Assembly: GCA_964016885.1 (NCBI GenBank)
Contig: OZ024752.1
Coordinates: 3,162,001-3,226,000, forward strand
DNA length: 64,000 bases
Source: Eledone cirrhosa
Taxonomy: Eukaryota
Direction of reading: 5' to 3'
Below, one piece after another: positions 1-13,262 of this stretch. Numbering within the stretch: position 1 is the stretch's first letter; each line of letters opens with the position of its first letter. Below the pieces are notes generated by a model that ran no database searches, was not told the origin of the DNA, and saw only the letters and a program-made list of their open reading frames with translations. The position numbers were made by a program, and so were the translations under genes.

Positions 1-750
1 TGTGTGCTCTTACGTGTATTTCAGAACATCTGAGTTAAACTTCAATTTGCTAATTGGAGATTAATGATTGACTGACCTTGAACGATTATCGTTAAATCGG
101 CAACAAGCTTTGACATTCAACGTCAAGCGTAGAATATTAACAGTTGAAAGGAAGGGAATATATATTGAAAGTGATGTTTTCTTCATTATTGTATTAATGA
201 CCAAATCTGAAACTTCGGTAATGACTTCCCTTTTCGTTCACAAACTGGGTGCATGCATGATATTGAATCTTCCTTCGGAAATCGTGCGTTTCCTGTTCGG
301 TTCCTTTGTGCTCTAAACTAACCTCTATCATTGCATTGCATTCAAATAATCATATTATTCATGTTTTACTTGAAATCTGATATTTTTAAGTCAATTGATA
401 TAAAGCAATATTTTCCTTAAGAAAGTAAATTATGATTTGTTTTTAAACTAATTATTTCTGTCATGAAACTATTAATTTGTTTTTGTTGGTGGGGGTACTA
501 TTAACACCAGAATAGTTTCTATTCATTTGTATATATATCAGTGTTTGTCGTTAAGTACATAACCAGCAACCTGAATTATGATATCGGATGTATGTAGACG
601 CTATACATTGTCATGATCGTGATACTCTTTATTTCCATTATTGCCATATCGTCCTCGTAGATTTCGTCTACATCAGAAACAACAAATTAATGTATCATTT
701 GATATTTAATACTCCATGATGGAATCGTGTCAATTATTTATTATAGCCTA

Positions 751-848
751 CCGAGGTTAATTTTGCCTTTCATCCTTACGGGGTCAATAAAATAAAGTCG
801 ATAATTGCTGGGATAATTGCTGGTCTTGTGCCAAAAGTAAAAACAATT
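751..848 (+). mobile_element. SINE family A, truncated
   Basis: gcctttcatccttacggggtcaataaaataaag...gtgccaaaagtaaaaacaatt. Confidence 0.8.
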
Positions 849-1177
849 ATCTACAATAGTTGTTTAAACAGATTATTATTTTTAAGGACAGCGAGCAATC
901 TATAGAGACATGTAAATTCCTCTTTAAAATGTTGTAAGTCCATGCATAAGAAACTAAAAATTATGTCGAGAAATGTTATACAAATGATAATGTGGTACGT
1001 CACATATACGGTTTCGACATAGATATTGTACAACATTTTTGAAATAAAGATATATTCTTAATAGCCATAACTCCAGTTATTTCTAACGTGTACATATAAA
1101 ACATGTAGGTTGATGATTAGGATGGGACAGATTATAAATGCATTATTGAAACAATGGTATCACAAATAAGTGATCAT

Positions 1178-1357
1178 TAGCAGTATCGGTAGAGGGTCGG
1201 GCGTCATGTTTTGAAGCATAGAGTTACCTCCCTTTATGATCTGAGTTCAAATCCTGCTGAGGTTAACTTTTCCTTTCATCCTTACGGGGTCGATAAAATA
1301 AAGTACCAGTAATACACTGGGATGATTGCTGGCCTTGTGCCAAAACTAGAAACAATT
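1178..1357 (+). mobile_element. SINE family A
   Basis: Head cagtatcggtagag, B box gagttcaaatcc, same body and tail. Confidence 0.85.
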
Positions 1358-1487
1358 GCGTTAATGTGAGCTACATGTTGGCTTTGTTTCAAACAACTTA
1401 AAGATAATATAACAAATATATAAACGTGTCAGTATTCATACCATATTCTTTTCTATATATCTATTTCAATAAAATAGAAATCTCACC

Positions 1488-1684
1488 CAGACCTACCAAC
1501 AATCCTCGTCCGACGGGGAGATCTTTCACCCACTTTGGGGTGGGTGATAGATGTCCTCTCTTGTGAAAATGGGCATAGCTTTCATTATGTCAAATCTCCC
1601 CATTTTATTTAATTTTCTCCCCGTTTTGGGGAACTCATTTCTCATGTTATTCCCAGTTCGGGTTTTTACAGTTTGGCAGGTCTG
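1488..1684. mobile_element. MITE with CAGAC...GTCTG termini and 6-bp TSD
   Basis: TIRs cagacctaccaac / gtttggcaggtctg, with CTCACC duplicated at 1482-1487 and 1685-1690. Confidence 0.85.
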
Positions 1685-2255
1685 CTCACCTGTTGGTGGA
1701 ACATTGAACGCTGCAGAAAATGTATGTTGTATGGGCTGATATCTCCCCAGGAATGACTCAGTTATCTAGATAGTGTTATAAACGACACGGTTAAAAGAGA
1801 AAGTACATCACGCTCAGCTCATGTATGGCACATGTAAATTAAATTTTACAACCTGAATGTAGTCAATGGTGTAGTAATTACCAAGTAAATTTAGCACCAG
1901 ACTTTGCGAAGGTGATGACAGAGGTTAAGTTACCGATTTTGATAAATCAACTGAAATAAATATTTATAATTTGATTGTGACTAAATTCAGAAATATATTG
2001 CTACACATTTGAATTATAATTGGGTTATGATTATGTTCCAATGAAGGAACTGGATTTGCAAAATCGATAATACGGCGGCCAGAATGCCTTGCGGTATCTA
2101 GTAACGTCCTTATCATAATGAATGTTTGGAATATCGGTTTAGAGTAGACGTCTATTAATATTAGATACTTGCTACATCGATGAATCAAAACATTAGGCTG
2201 AAAAATAATTATAACATATCTCGACACCCCTATATAGATATGAATACATACATAA

Positions 2256-2301
<46 letters not shown>

Positions 2302-2323
2302 AATAATAATAATAATAATAATA

Positions 2324-2409
2324 ATTGTTTCTACTTTTGGCACAAGGCCAGCAATTACCCAATGCATTGCTGGTACTTTATTCTGTCGACCCCGGGAGGA
2401 TGAAATGCA

Positions 2410-2410
<1 letters not shown>
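2324..2410 (-). mobile_element. SINE family A, truncated
   Basis: Reverse complement of body and tail, with a (TAT)n tail. Confidence 0.8.
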
Positions 2411-2440
<30 letters not shown>

Positions 2441-3157
2441 TTAATAATAGTGATAATAATAAATTTGAAGTATGTAGGGTGTGTGTATGTGTGTGAGCGC
2501 GTTTATACGTATTTATGTGTGTATATTTGTATACGTTTATATAAGTATATGTATACACACACACTCACACACACATATATACTGTATATATTTTTTTTAT
2601 ATATATTTCTGTGTGTATTTGGTGAATATGCTCGTATGCGTGCGGGTACAGGCGTTGCGTGGGGTCTGTATGTGCCTGCATGTGTTTGTTTTTTTGTTTG
2701 TTTTTGTGTACGTGCTTGTATTGGCATACTCATCGGGGTGTTTTCGCGTATGCTTGTGTACGTACGTATATGGTTGCGTGCATGTATATATTTAATTTCA
2801 ATTAGCTCTGTAAGTTATTTACTTTATTCTTAACTCTGAAGCCGGGAATCATTCGGTTTAATGATAGAATTTTAGTCTACGACTTTATTTATACCATTTA
2901 CGTGGTTTTGTATTTGCGTGTAATTGTTCTCACCGCTCCACATAATGACGTATTATCTTTGTCTTTATCCGTTCTTTGCCAGGGAACGTTTCCAGGAACC
3001 AAATTATCGTATTCCTGTCTTCCTTCTGTTGCAACGTTTTTTGAAATATTCACTTCTGCGTTCACAGATTGATTTTTTTTTAGTTTCAGAAGATCCCGTT
3101 AAGGGTGAAAGCAGCGATTCTTTGCTTAAACTTTAATCTGTTATTTCAATAAATATA

Positions 3158-3206
<49 letters not shown>

Positions 3207-3384
3207 TGTTTAAACATTCATTCCGGATATACATAAATAAAACCTTATCACTCTTCACATAGCCTGCTATTTACCCACACACCATGGAAAAACACTAGGA
3301 ATTCCTCTTAAAAATATACCATATTCTCACAATAAGTATTATCTCAATGATCTAATACTTATTAATACAATGATCTATACTTTA

Positions 3385-3735
3385 TTTTAATGAAAGTGTT
3401 CCCCGGGGTACAAAACCCCACTGAAAATGTTTTCCTTCGATGTATATGAAAATTAAACCATAGGTAAATGGCATGACATGATGCCTATTAACAAAAGATA
3501 TTTTGAAAAAAATTATTTACAAGAAACAAAATAAGAATAAGGTTTAATAATGTAATTTTGATTTTATATATTACAACAAATAATGTTTTCCAATTTTTCA
3601 TGCATTACATTTTACATTGAGTAATATTGAAAGGCAGAGTTTTTCTCCATACATTATATCACTGATTCAAAATCAATCATCATTTTCTTACAAAAAAATG
3701 TGGGAAACGCAGCAAGGCGCGGGTAATTCGGCTAG
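3385..3735 (+). mobile_element. Probable non-autonomous Helitron 3' end
   Basis: GC-rich imperfect hairpin (cgcagcaaggcgcggg) ~10 nt before CTAG|T at 3732-3736. The 5' boundary is a guess. Confidence 0.5.
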
Positions 3736-4914
3736 TATATACACATATATGCAACACAACATATATATATATATATTTATATATGTGTGGTTGCTTTTAT
3801 ATACATACATGTGTATGTATGTATGTATGTATGTATGTATATATACTATCTAAATACATTGCAACAAAGAAGAGGACTTACAATGCTTGAATTAGAACTA
3901 CTTATTCATACTTGCTCTTGCGTTGCCAGCAAGCTAGATGAGTTGCGACAGAAAGACAGAGGAAAAACTTTTATGGAGAACCATTGTTAAACTTAATTTC
4001 ATATAAGCACATAGATTATTCTATCAAACAATCCGCCGCTTCGGAAAGAGACGTTCTCCTCGACCCTTGCTGTCAGGACCCAGTCTCGTGTTCTTTATTC
4101 TGAAGAGAAATGTATCGTGGTGCGGTGGAGATAATACTTTGCCGACCAAATATTCACTCGACAACAGGTCTACGCTGGATTGTGAATTTATTTCCTAGCC
4201 TTATGTGCTTGATTTGTGATCCTCACAATGGCGTACGATTCTGTATCACAGGAAAGGTCATGGAAGTTTTAGAACGAATATTGGGTCGACAGAATGTTCA
4301 TGTTGATTTGGAACTCTAAATCTTTACTTCTAAATATCACAAATTTAAATTAGACAACACAATTTATTAAACACATGAACTGTTGGGTTAGGAGTAATTA
4401 TAACACCGAAACATTTGGCAAATCATTAATATTGCGATAGGGAATACATCATGGAGAAGCAATTAACATACAGATTAGTAATTTCTAATATTAATGTAAG
4501 TGTATGCTCTCGAGATGTTGGTTATATTACGCTATAATTAAAATGTTTCCTCATATTGATGGTCATGCTTATGAACACTATATATGTACGAATCTACAAT
4601 CAATTTCCATCAAGCATATAAACTCAAACTTGCATAACACACTATACAGACAAAAGAGATTTCCTATATTGGACACAATAGAGATGTCCATAGATAAGAT
4701 AAACATTAACTGAGCCTACAAGCCTTACACACATCACTACCCGCACGGAATCTTTATTGCGAAACCGTTACTAATTAGGAAACATTCATCCTAAATCTAA
4801 AATTTAGGGAATTTGTAAGGAATATGTCATAAAATGTGAAAACATCGTTAATATCGGAAGCATATTTCATAAGAAACATTTAGTGATCTACATCCTCACA
4901 AAAGAACAGTATAT

Positions 4915-5064
4915 ATATATATTGCCATACTTTGGGAGGGTTATGCTGCCAATAAAAAACTCAGGCACCTGTTGGTTGAAACCATCAGGTTTGTGTGTTT
5001 TTATTTTGCAGCATGACCCTCCCAAAGTATAGAAATATCTGTTTCAACACACCTTTTCTAAAAC

Positions 5065-5068
<4 letters not shown>
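4915..5068. repeat. Inverted pair of PLE pLTR-end fragments in (TA)n
   Basis: atactttgggagggttatgctgc / gcagcatgaccctcccaaagtat. The right arm continues aatatctgtttcaacacac, matching the PLE 1 pLTR end (atgaccctccccaaatataacaatatctgtttcgacacac). Confidence 0.7.
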
Positions 5069-5116
<48 letters not shown>

Positions 5117-5118
<2 letters not shown>

Positions 5119-5386
5119 GGTAAAAGCACCCTTCAATCATGAATGACTATTGTATTTGCACCTAAAAATTGCCCCTCCGAGGCACAAGTTCGGGCATTCG
5201 ATCGTGCATACCAGTGTCCCCTCTCCCTGCCACTGATGTGGTCCAAGGGAAAGGCAAAGGCCGATACAGCTTGGCACCAATGAAGTCGCATCTCATATCT
5301 GTAGCTGAGTGGAATGGATTAAAATGAAATAAAGTGCCTTGTTCAAGAATACAACGCAAGACCCGGTCCGGAAATCTAACGACCAT
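5117..5386 (-). mobile_element. tRNA-derived SINE family B
   Basis: Minus-strand head followed by a CORE-like gtattcttgaacaaggcacttt segment, ending ...gcttttaccctt then (TA)n. Confidence 0.6.
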
Positions 5387-6216
5387 ATGTAGTATATAAG
5401 TTCATATCATTTGTTTATCAACATTTTCTTTTTCGTTTAATATATGGATAGATACACTAGGTTTCAGCTTGTATCTCTCTTTCTCTCGATCACTCTCTTT
5501 CTCAATCCGTCTATCGATATATATATATAATACATCTGCGCGTTCGCGCCTGGAGAGAAAGAGGAGAAGAATATTCGATGACCACATCAACCTGATGAAT
5601 TTGGGTCAATTACTAGTAAGCTATCCTTTCATAAGACATTAGTTTTCATTTTATTTCCATTTAAATCTATCTCCTATATATAACGTTTGCATACAACAAT
5701 GCACCACGAAATTAATGTAAATGAACTTGTACTAAAAACAGATATTTCAAATACGGGCTTATACATTTTCGCTATACATAGGAAATGACATCTCCAATCC
5801 TTCACAAGCATCTCCCATGAGGAAAATTGATACTAATAATAAATACTATATCTAGAAAAAAAAAGAAAAAAAACACGAATAAATGTAAGTTTAGTGAATA
5901 GATATACAATACAGATATATAGCGTAAAACAAAGAATTGAATAGAACGTAGCTGATGTCCCTTGTGTCAAATATTCAAACAGAAACAATGCATTATAATT
6001 ATTATATTCAGAGTTTCAAAGTTCAGCAATAAAACAAAAGAAAGTTTACAGAACATAAGTAAAGGAAAACCCCTGAGGCTTATAAAAACTCGTCAGTAAC
6101 TGATTTTCAACTGATACAATTGAAATGTGTCAGTTACTCTTGAACTGTTGGTGAAGTGCAGCAAAGTATTAGACAAATAACGAGATAAACGAAAGGGGAA
6201 CATATCAATTTGTGTG

Positions 6217-6271
6217 TGTTCTGACGAGATTGACGGGCCCTCATCTGAAATATATATATATATATATAACA
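6217..6271 (+). ncRNA. Candidate hammerhead ribozyme with (TA)n as stem III
   Basis: tgtt-CTGACGA(6221)-GAtTGA-cgggccc-TCATCt-GAAA-(TA)8-TA-aca. Both core boxes are intact, but stem I is short and bulged. Confidence 0.55.
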
Positions 6272-6391
6272 AGGGAATTGTGGTAAGGAACCAAATAGAC
6301 CATAACGTACCAGAGTACTCAATACTTTGGATAGTAGAGTGGGAAATAGGAAAAAGTATGACCCCGAAGTATGTGTGTGTGTGTGTGTGTG

Positions 6392-6434
<43 letters not shown>

Positions 6435-6918
6435 ATTCTGGGGTTTTTCCCCTTGTGAGTTACAAATCTGCTTTTACAAAACACTACATCATTCACAACA
6501 CTGGCGCAGAACAAAATACCTGTTGATAACGTGATATTCCTCGTTCGATCATTATACCAAAAGCTTATGATTTTAAGCAGACACTATTATTGATTTAGGC
6601 GTCACAGAAACCCTCTATTTGGATTTTACCATCAATTCCAATGGATCCAGGTTAGTTATATATATATGTATGATTTTGTCACTTATTTTGTCTGACCTGA
6701 TTAGCTTGACTTGTGTTTTGGCTTAGGTGGTTAATGCCTTCTTGACCGCCTTATCAGTTGTATGACGTTGATAACATATGTTTATAGCTCTGGTTTTTTA
6801 AGCTATGGAGCGCTTGCCAGCATGACTCTGAATTTGCGTTACGTTTCGCTTTTTTTTACCCGCCGAAATGCGATTCTTGCTGAATTTATATTTATATATA
6901 TATATATATAATAGTAAT

Positions 6919-7020
6919 AATTGTTTCTACTTTAGGCAAAAAGCCAGCAATTACCCAGTGCACTACTGGTACTTTATTTTATCGACCCCGTAAGGATGAA
7001 AGGCAAAGTCAACCTCGACA
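6919..7020 (-). mobile_element. SINE family A, truncated
   Basis: Reverse complement of body (atcgaccccgtaaggatgaaaggc) and tail. Confidence 0.8.
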
Positions 7021-7189
7021 TAATAATAAGGATTTAGCTTCATGCATAGCTGTATACAAATATGTATTGGAATTTCGTATTTCTAAAGAAATAGGGTATG
7101 TTTATAGATAAACATTTAGAAAGCCAATGCTATGCCAAACACCGGGGTTATAGCTCTGTAGTGGTGTCCAGCAGAAGCAAGGGGGACAA

Positions 7190-8809
7190 TCGTCGATGCA
7201 TTTCTAAGTAATATATCCAAACAGGGTGGTGAATTTTTGAATCGAGCACATTTCATGTGCCAGAAGATTTGTTTGTGGTGTGAATGTCACTACATTACTA
7301 CAAAGGAATTCGAGAGAGTTTTCCTGGCAACGTTGGAACCCCGACCATGAAACCCACATCAAGGTTTTTAAAGGGGTTCCCCAAAGTAAAGCCCATTTAT
7401 GTACTTTCACAAGACCAGGTAGGTAAGTAAACCCTTCCTATCTCTTTTAGCCTGCCATATCAAAAGTAGGAAGTTTAAATGTTCGTAGCTTGGGGTCGCC
7501 CTTGAAGCAGGGTCGCCTGCTCAACGACCTCAGGTATCTAGAAATGGATATAATTGCCGTCATCTAGACCAGGATTTCCGACACACAAAAACTAACCCAC
7601 AGTTTCGACGACAATCAGATCTTCGTATCTGTTAGTCGGCCGGGAACGCAAGGTGGGGTGGCAGTGCTGTTTAGAAAATACCTGCATCTAGAGGTAAGGC
7701 CAATGTTGCAGAACTTGGACGTAAACAATAGCGTAGGTGGTACCTTTAGACCGGTAGCCGTCTATGCTGCTACAGGGCCCGGCATGCCGGACTTCTTTAG
7801 GTTCCTTGAAACCTTTCTGTGTACGTCTAACTCTTTACTATTCGTGAGGGGCTGGAACGCACGCTGGGATTGTGTGGGTGTAGCTGATAGGAGTGGTGGA
7901 GGGGCAAAATCCCCAAGTACCTGATCAGGAAGTTCTAACTGTCTGACAGATACCGACTAAATTTTCCTAACGTGCCAGCATAGACCTGAGTGATTCCAGG
8001 CGGATGTGTGAGGCCTTTCCTCAGCACTTTGCTCGTTTGTTCGGGAGAAGTGGCGGATCAGAGACGACAGCGGTCTTCGGTCCCTGCCTCGACGGCTTGC
8101 CACGTTTCTCAATGACCGACGCTGATCGCTGCGAAAGGCCGATAGCTTCAGCCGAAATTTATGATGTCCTTGTCGGCTGCACGTGGCGGAAGTCACCCAG
8201 TTTTGATGGTCTGCCGTACGGTCTTTATGTACATATGCCTGACTTCTTCTCCGATCTCCTCGAAGTGCTCCACTGCAATTGGCAGCAGAACGGGATTATT
8301 CCCAGTTCTGTGAGCCAGGGATGTAGTGACGTTGTTAAGGAGAGACGAGAACAAGAGGGACACGTTAGATAACTTCAGGCCCAGGCACTTTTCTCTTTGG
8401 CCAATCCCTCATCAACTCTTTCCCAGTTTCACATGAACAGGAAGGTGAGGATGGAGAAAGAAGTGCTGCCTTCCAGTACGTTTGCTGAAAGGTGAATTAA
8501 TGTGGCAAGAATGGCCCGTGTGAGTGGGCCTATTCTCATCATGCGTCTGTAGGCTGGTGAAAATTAGGAGTAGAGGGGTGCCCTTCCAGAGTGTCCTTGA
8601 AGAATCGGGTGGTTCAGGATTGGTGGAGTGCCTGTGTCAATCATGTGTGGTTATCTCCCCACACCCTAGCGGGGAATTCTCATTGTTGTGTTTTATTTGT
8701 TAATTTGGTATTGTTGTTTATATTTTTTACACATTTTATATATAAACCCAACTGACCCTGTCAATTATATTGTCCCCTATATCTCATTGTGGTCAATAAA
8801 TGAAATCTT

Positions 8810-8810
<1 letters not shown>
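7190..8810 (+). mobile_element. Degraded, internally deleted Tx1/L1-clade LINE
   Basis: APE remnants (IKVGSLNVRSLG at ~7459, GTFRPVAVYA, GWNA for GDWN) and a pre-RT KSPSFDGLPY motif. Ends in AATAAA followed by (AGT)n. Confidence 0.7.
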
Positions 8811-8845
<35 letters not shown>

Positions 8846-9073
8846 GGTGGCGGATTGGCAGTATCGGTAGAGAGTCGGACACCATTCTTTGCAACATAGA
8901 GTGATGGTCCTTTACGTTCTGAGTTGAAATCCCACCGAGGTTACCTTTGCCTTTCATCCTTTCGGGGTCGATAAAATAAAGCACCAGTAACGTACTGGGG
9001 TCGATTTCATCATCGATGTTCCCCTCCCCCCAAATCACTGGCCTTGTCCCTATATAAGAAAGTAGAAACAATT
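8846..9073 (+). mobile_element. tRNA-derived SINE family A, most complete copy
   Basis: A-box-like TGGCAGTATCGGTAGAG, B-box-like GAGTTGAAATCC, conserved body GCCTTTCATCCTTTCGGGGTCGATAAAATAAAG and tail ...AGAAACAATT. At least 10 related copies in the window. Confidence 0.85.
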
Positions 9074-9144
9074 ATCATTAGTAGCAGTAGTAGTTGTAGC
9101 AGCGGCGGCTGCGGTGGCGGCACTCGTTCTAGCAGCAGAACCAT

Positions 9145-9178
<34 letters not shown>

Positions 9179-9562
9179 TAGAGGTGGAGTAGTAGTTGTT
9201 CTTATTACATTTGTCAATACTTCACTATGTTTCAGCTTTTTATTTATTTCCTTTACTTAATGCTGCAGCGGTCTCTCATCTGCAGTCGCGGTGATTTTTT
9301 TCTACGCTTTTTTTTTTTTTTTATTTTGCAAACAGATTTAACGATGCGTCTTTCGTTTTTCATCTATTGTTTCAAAGCTGTTTGTTAGTATAGTGTAAAA
9401 TAATATGTTAATTACGTCAATGGTTATGTGATTATAGTACACAACAAATAGATAATGTTTACCCTGTTGATACTTCTAATTAGGAGTGTTGCCGTTCTTG
9501 AAATCAATGTAACTGAAAATAATGTGGAAATACTCTCACATCAATGTTAATCTGACACGGAG

Positions 9563-9745
9563 ATGACACTACTGTTGATGATGATGATCATGATGACGAA
9601 CATGATCATCATAATTATCATCATCATCATCATCATCAAAATCATCATTATGCTTGGGGTGTTGGTGGTGGTGATGATAATGATGAGGATGTTGATTATG
9701 ATGACAATGATGAAGAAAAGTGGTGATGATGATGATGATGAGTAG
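9563..9745. repeat. (GAT)n/(CAT)n degenerate trinucleotide repeat
   Basis: Direct reading of the sequence. Confidence 0.85.
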
Positions 9746-9914
9746 GAGTATGAGGAGGTGGTTGCTGACGAGAAGGAGAGGAAGGGTGAAAATGATGGCG
9801 GGGAGGTTGAGGCCGATGATGGCTATGCTGCTACTGTTTATGGTTACAACGAGTGTCTATATTTTGTGCCGTTGTTTTTCTTTTGCGGACGAGTCCATTT
9901 GTGTATATATGTTG

Positions 9915-10350
9915 GTAGATTGGCATTATTAACCGTCTAAGTTCAAATCCTGTCCATTTACGGTCTGAGGTCAAATCCCGCCGAGGTTAACTTTACCTTT
10001 CATCCTTACGGAGTCGATAAAATAAAGTAACAGTAATGCCTTGTGCCAAAAGTAGAAACAATTATAAGTAGAACGTCGGAGGACATGAGTTCCAATCCTG
10101 CTTTTCATTCCTACAGGGTCGATTAAAAATAATGCACCTGTGATGCAATGGGATTGATTTAATCTACTTGCCCCTCGTCTAAAATTGTCGGCTTTTTACA
10201 TAAATCAGAAAGCATTATTTAGTGAGATGAAGTTTTGGGATTGGTAGTCTCATTAGACAAAGTCCAAACAGTATTTGATCCGGTTCTCTACGATCTGAGA
10301 TCAAACTTCACCCATGTTCATTTTGCATTTCAGCCTATCGAAGTCGATAT
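9915..10350 (+). mobile_element. Three tandem, diverged SINE family A copies
   Basis: The body motif recurs at ~9995, ~10100 and ~10325, each preceded by a B-box-like gttcaaatcc variant. Confidence 0.7.
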
Positions 10351-10483
10351 GAATGACTCTCGCAGCCAACTAATTATTTGTCAGATTGGAGTGTGATTTA
10401 TTGCTGCCCTTTAAAGACACTCATGGGTTAATGAGATTGAAAGAAAAAAAACTTTAATGCAAGCTGTTCCAGGGACCGAATAA

Positions 10484-10649
10484 CAGACCTGCCAAACGCT
10501 GAAAAAAAACGGGGAGTATCATGGAAATAATTGCCCCAGAACTAGGAGAAATAAGGCAAAATAGGGAGATTTTACATAATGAAGGTTATACACATTTTCA
10601 CATGAGAAGACATATCTCACTCAGAGAGGGGGGAAAGCTAACATGTCTG
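10484..10649. mobile_element. Second copy of the same MITE (opposite orientation), 6-bp TSD
   Basis: cagacctgccaaac...atgtctg, interior is the reverse complement of the 1488 copy, and GAATAA is duplicated at 10478-10483 and 10650-10655. Confidence 0.8.
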
Positions 10650-11245
10650 GAATAACAATATAACCATATCCATATGAAGAACTTGACTGGGGATGAACTG
10701 AAGACAAATCAGATATAAGGCAGCAAGACAGCTTAAGCCAAGGAGCATATTATGTTTATCCGGAAAGCAGGGAGAAAGAGGTATTTGCATTTAATCCAGA
10801 GAAACGACGATCAATCTGCAATAAAGGAATGTATTGTTGTATTAACCTTGACATTGTTTTGAATAATGTTCTGTAGTAGCAAGATGAGTTTAAAAAATTG
10901 AAACCTTGGAATGTTAAGTCTCAAATACAAGTTTAGTTTTTCTTCACTCGCTTCAGTTACGCCATGGATGCTACTTGTAGTAAACTCTTTCGAAATATAG
11001 TGATATTTCCAATATTGTTATCATATGGATCGGGAGAATATGATGAATTGAATAACACATGCACAAATATATTACACGTCTTCCATAGATTTAACCTTTT
11101 ATTCAGGAAGGGAGATAAATCCTAACTTGGGACACAAGAAATAACAGTGTGCTCATTCTTGTATTTATAAAATACGTATGTATTGTTGCTGCATTTATAC
11201 AGCTGTAATTGAACAGATATGTGTATGGTAATAGATACATGGTAA

Positions 11246-11395
11246 TAATGTTTTCTTAATTTTGGTACAAGGCTAACAATTTTAGGGGAGGGTAAAGTCG
11301 ATAAATCAACACCAGCAGCTTACTGGTGCTTTATTCTGTCGATCAAGTAAAGATGAAAGCCAAAGCTAACCGAGTTGGGATTTGAACTCAAAACA
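11246..11395 (-). mobile_element. SINE family A, diverged
   Basis: actggtgctttattctgtcgatc...gatgaaagcc...ggatttgaactc. Confidence 0.7.
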
Positions 11396-11873
11396 CACAG
11401 GTGATAATGGGCTTAGAAATCGAAATGGTATATTTCGAATAAGACTATGCAATGACTTCTTCATTTAGTAAAGGCATTCTTTGAGATGTGGTTGTTATTT
11501 CTAGCTACAGAACCTACGGCATAGAAGCTACGTCATTGTAAACTGGAAGGCTACAGTGTTCTAATCGTAATCACGTCTTTGTGGTATTTATATTGATGTT
11601 ATAATTATATCGATAATTGGCATTAAATAAAAAACATAATTCGGCCTACAATAAGGAAAATCTACTATTTAGAAAAGTCAAGATAAACATCTAAATAAAA
11701 GTTTACTTGAAATTATGAATAATTATTAGTCTTCATAATGTTAACTTGTGTTTAATAGCGAAAGACATTTTGATTTGAAAGAAAATTAATAGACTTGAAT
11801 AAGCTAATATATAATTAATGTATAATAAATGTTTTAGTTATAGTTTTGTGTGTGTATGTATGTTTTAACTAAT

Positions 11874-11920
<47 letters not shown>

Positions 11921-13194
11921 TGGACGAAAAATAATTTTCTTCTGCAGCGAGACTACCTATATGTTTATTGTATGTATGGATGTATATATATATATATATT
12001 ATGCATGTGTATGTTTTCATTTACATCTCTCGTGTGATTAAACGCGGTATTAGCGCCACCACCTATTAAATCAAGCTGGCTCTAAATGAAGATTGCACAT
12101 CCAGCCGTATCCCACGAACCTGGGCTTGGCTGCTACTTTACATTTATAGTGACTATTTTCAAAGACTATACATGTAAATTCCAAATGTTGGTTTTGCTTA
12201 TCTATAAGGATTAGATAGGATTTACCTTTGCTGTTTTTCAAGACTAATGCCAGCTGATGAGATGTTTGGTGAGTCTTATTATTACATATTATAAATGATA
12301 ATTAGCAATTTTGGTAAAATGTATGTCTTTTAGCACGTTATGTATAATGTGCTGAATATAACATTCCTCCGTATATGTTATATTTGGGTCTGATTTCTTC
12401 ACTGCTGAATCGTATTTAAGTCATTTTTGTTTGTCTCCGCGCCTATTATTATTGAGCAAGTGGGTGAGGCAGAGATGATATTCGAAACTTATATGCATTA
12501 TATAATAACATTTTTGTAAGTCTGAGTTTGCCAACTTTTATATGTATATATATGTGGGGTGTGTTGGGGAGGGTGATATATATATATCTATGTATATATA
12601 TATATGTATGTGTGTGTGTGTGATATTGTCTACTGTCAGGAAAATATAGATTCTGCTTGAACTTAAACTCAACGGTAAGTTAACTATATAAAATGTGATT
12701 ATTCCTAGCAACACTGGCTACTATTTATATGTCAACATGAAGTCGAGTGAGAGTGGGGTGTATGCAAGAGAATCTGTGAACACATATGTCATTTACAAAC
12801 ATTTAACAAGATGGCAGAGCCATTTAATCTTGCGAGGCTGAAACTTGGGGCTAGCCAACTCAGCGCCTATGGTGGTGAGAAGGGAGGTGGCCCTAGGGCC
12901 AAGGACACCAGAAAAGTAACTACATCGGATTTAAAGCAAGAAGATGTATTAAGTTATTTTATTGCATCTGTGTTCCATCTGTATGTGTGTATGGACGTTT
13001 TTCTTGATTGTTTATTTAACTATATAAAGGAATACATTCTCAATGCTTTAAATGTTTAAGATGTCCATGCATATCACTCTCCGGACCAAAGACGACATCT
13101 AAGTGAGAGGCAAATGCTGGTGTAGTTTGGCACACGATTCATCACCTCTAATTTCTAAACTGTTGTGACTCAATAAAAAGATTGAGAAAGCAGA

Positions 13195-13262
13195 AAAAGC
13201 AAACTTCGGTATTGAACTCACATCGACCCGATTACGAATCCGATATTCTAACCATTAAGTTT
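13195..13262 (-). mobile_element. Decayed tRNA-like SINE head
   Basis: Minus strand cttaatggttagaatatcggattcg...gagttcaatacc has A/B-box spacing but no complete cloverleaf. Confidence 0.4.

Noticed and set aside
9765-9795. CTGACGA...GAAA
   Set aside because: The intervening sequence is nearly all purine, so no stem II can form.
13195-13262. Functional tRNA gene
   Set aside because: Only A/B-box-like remnants are present, with no acceptor stem. It is best treated as a SINE head.
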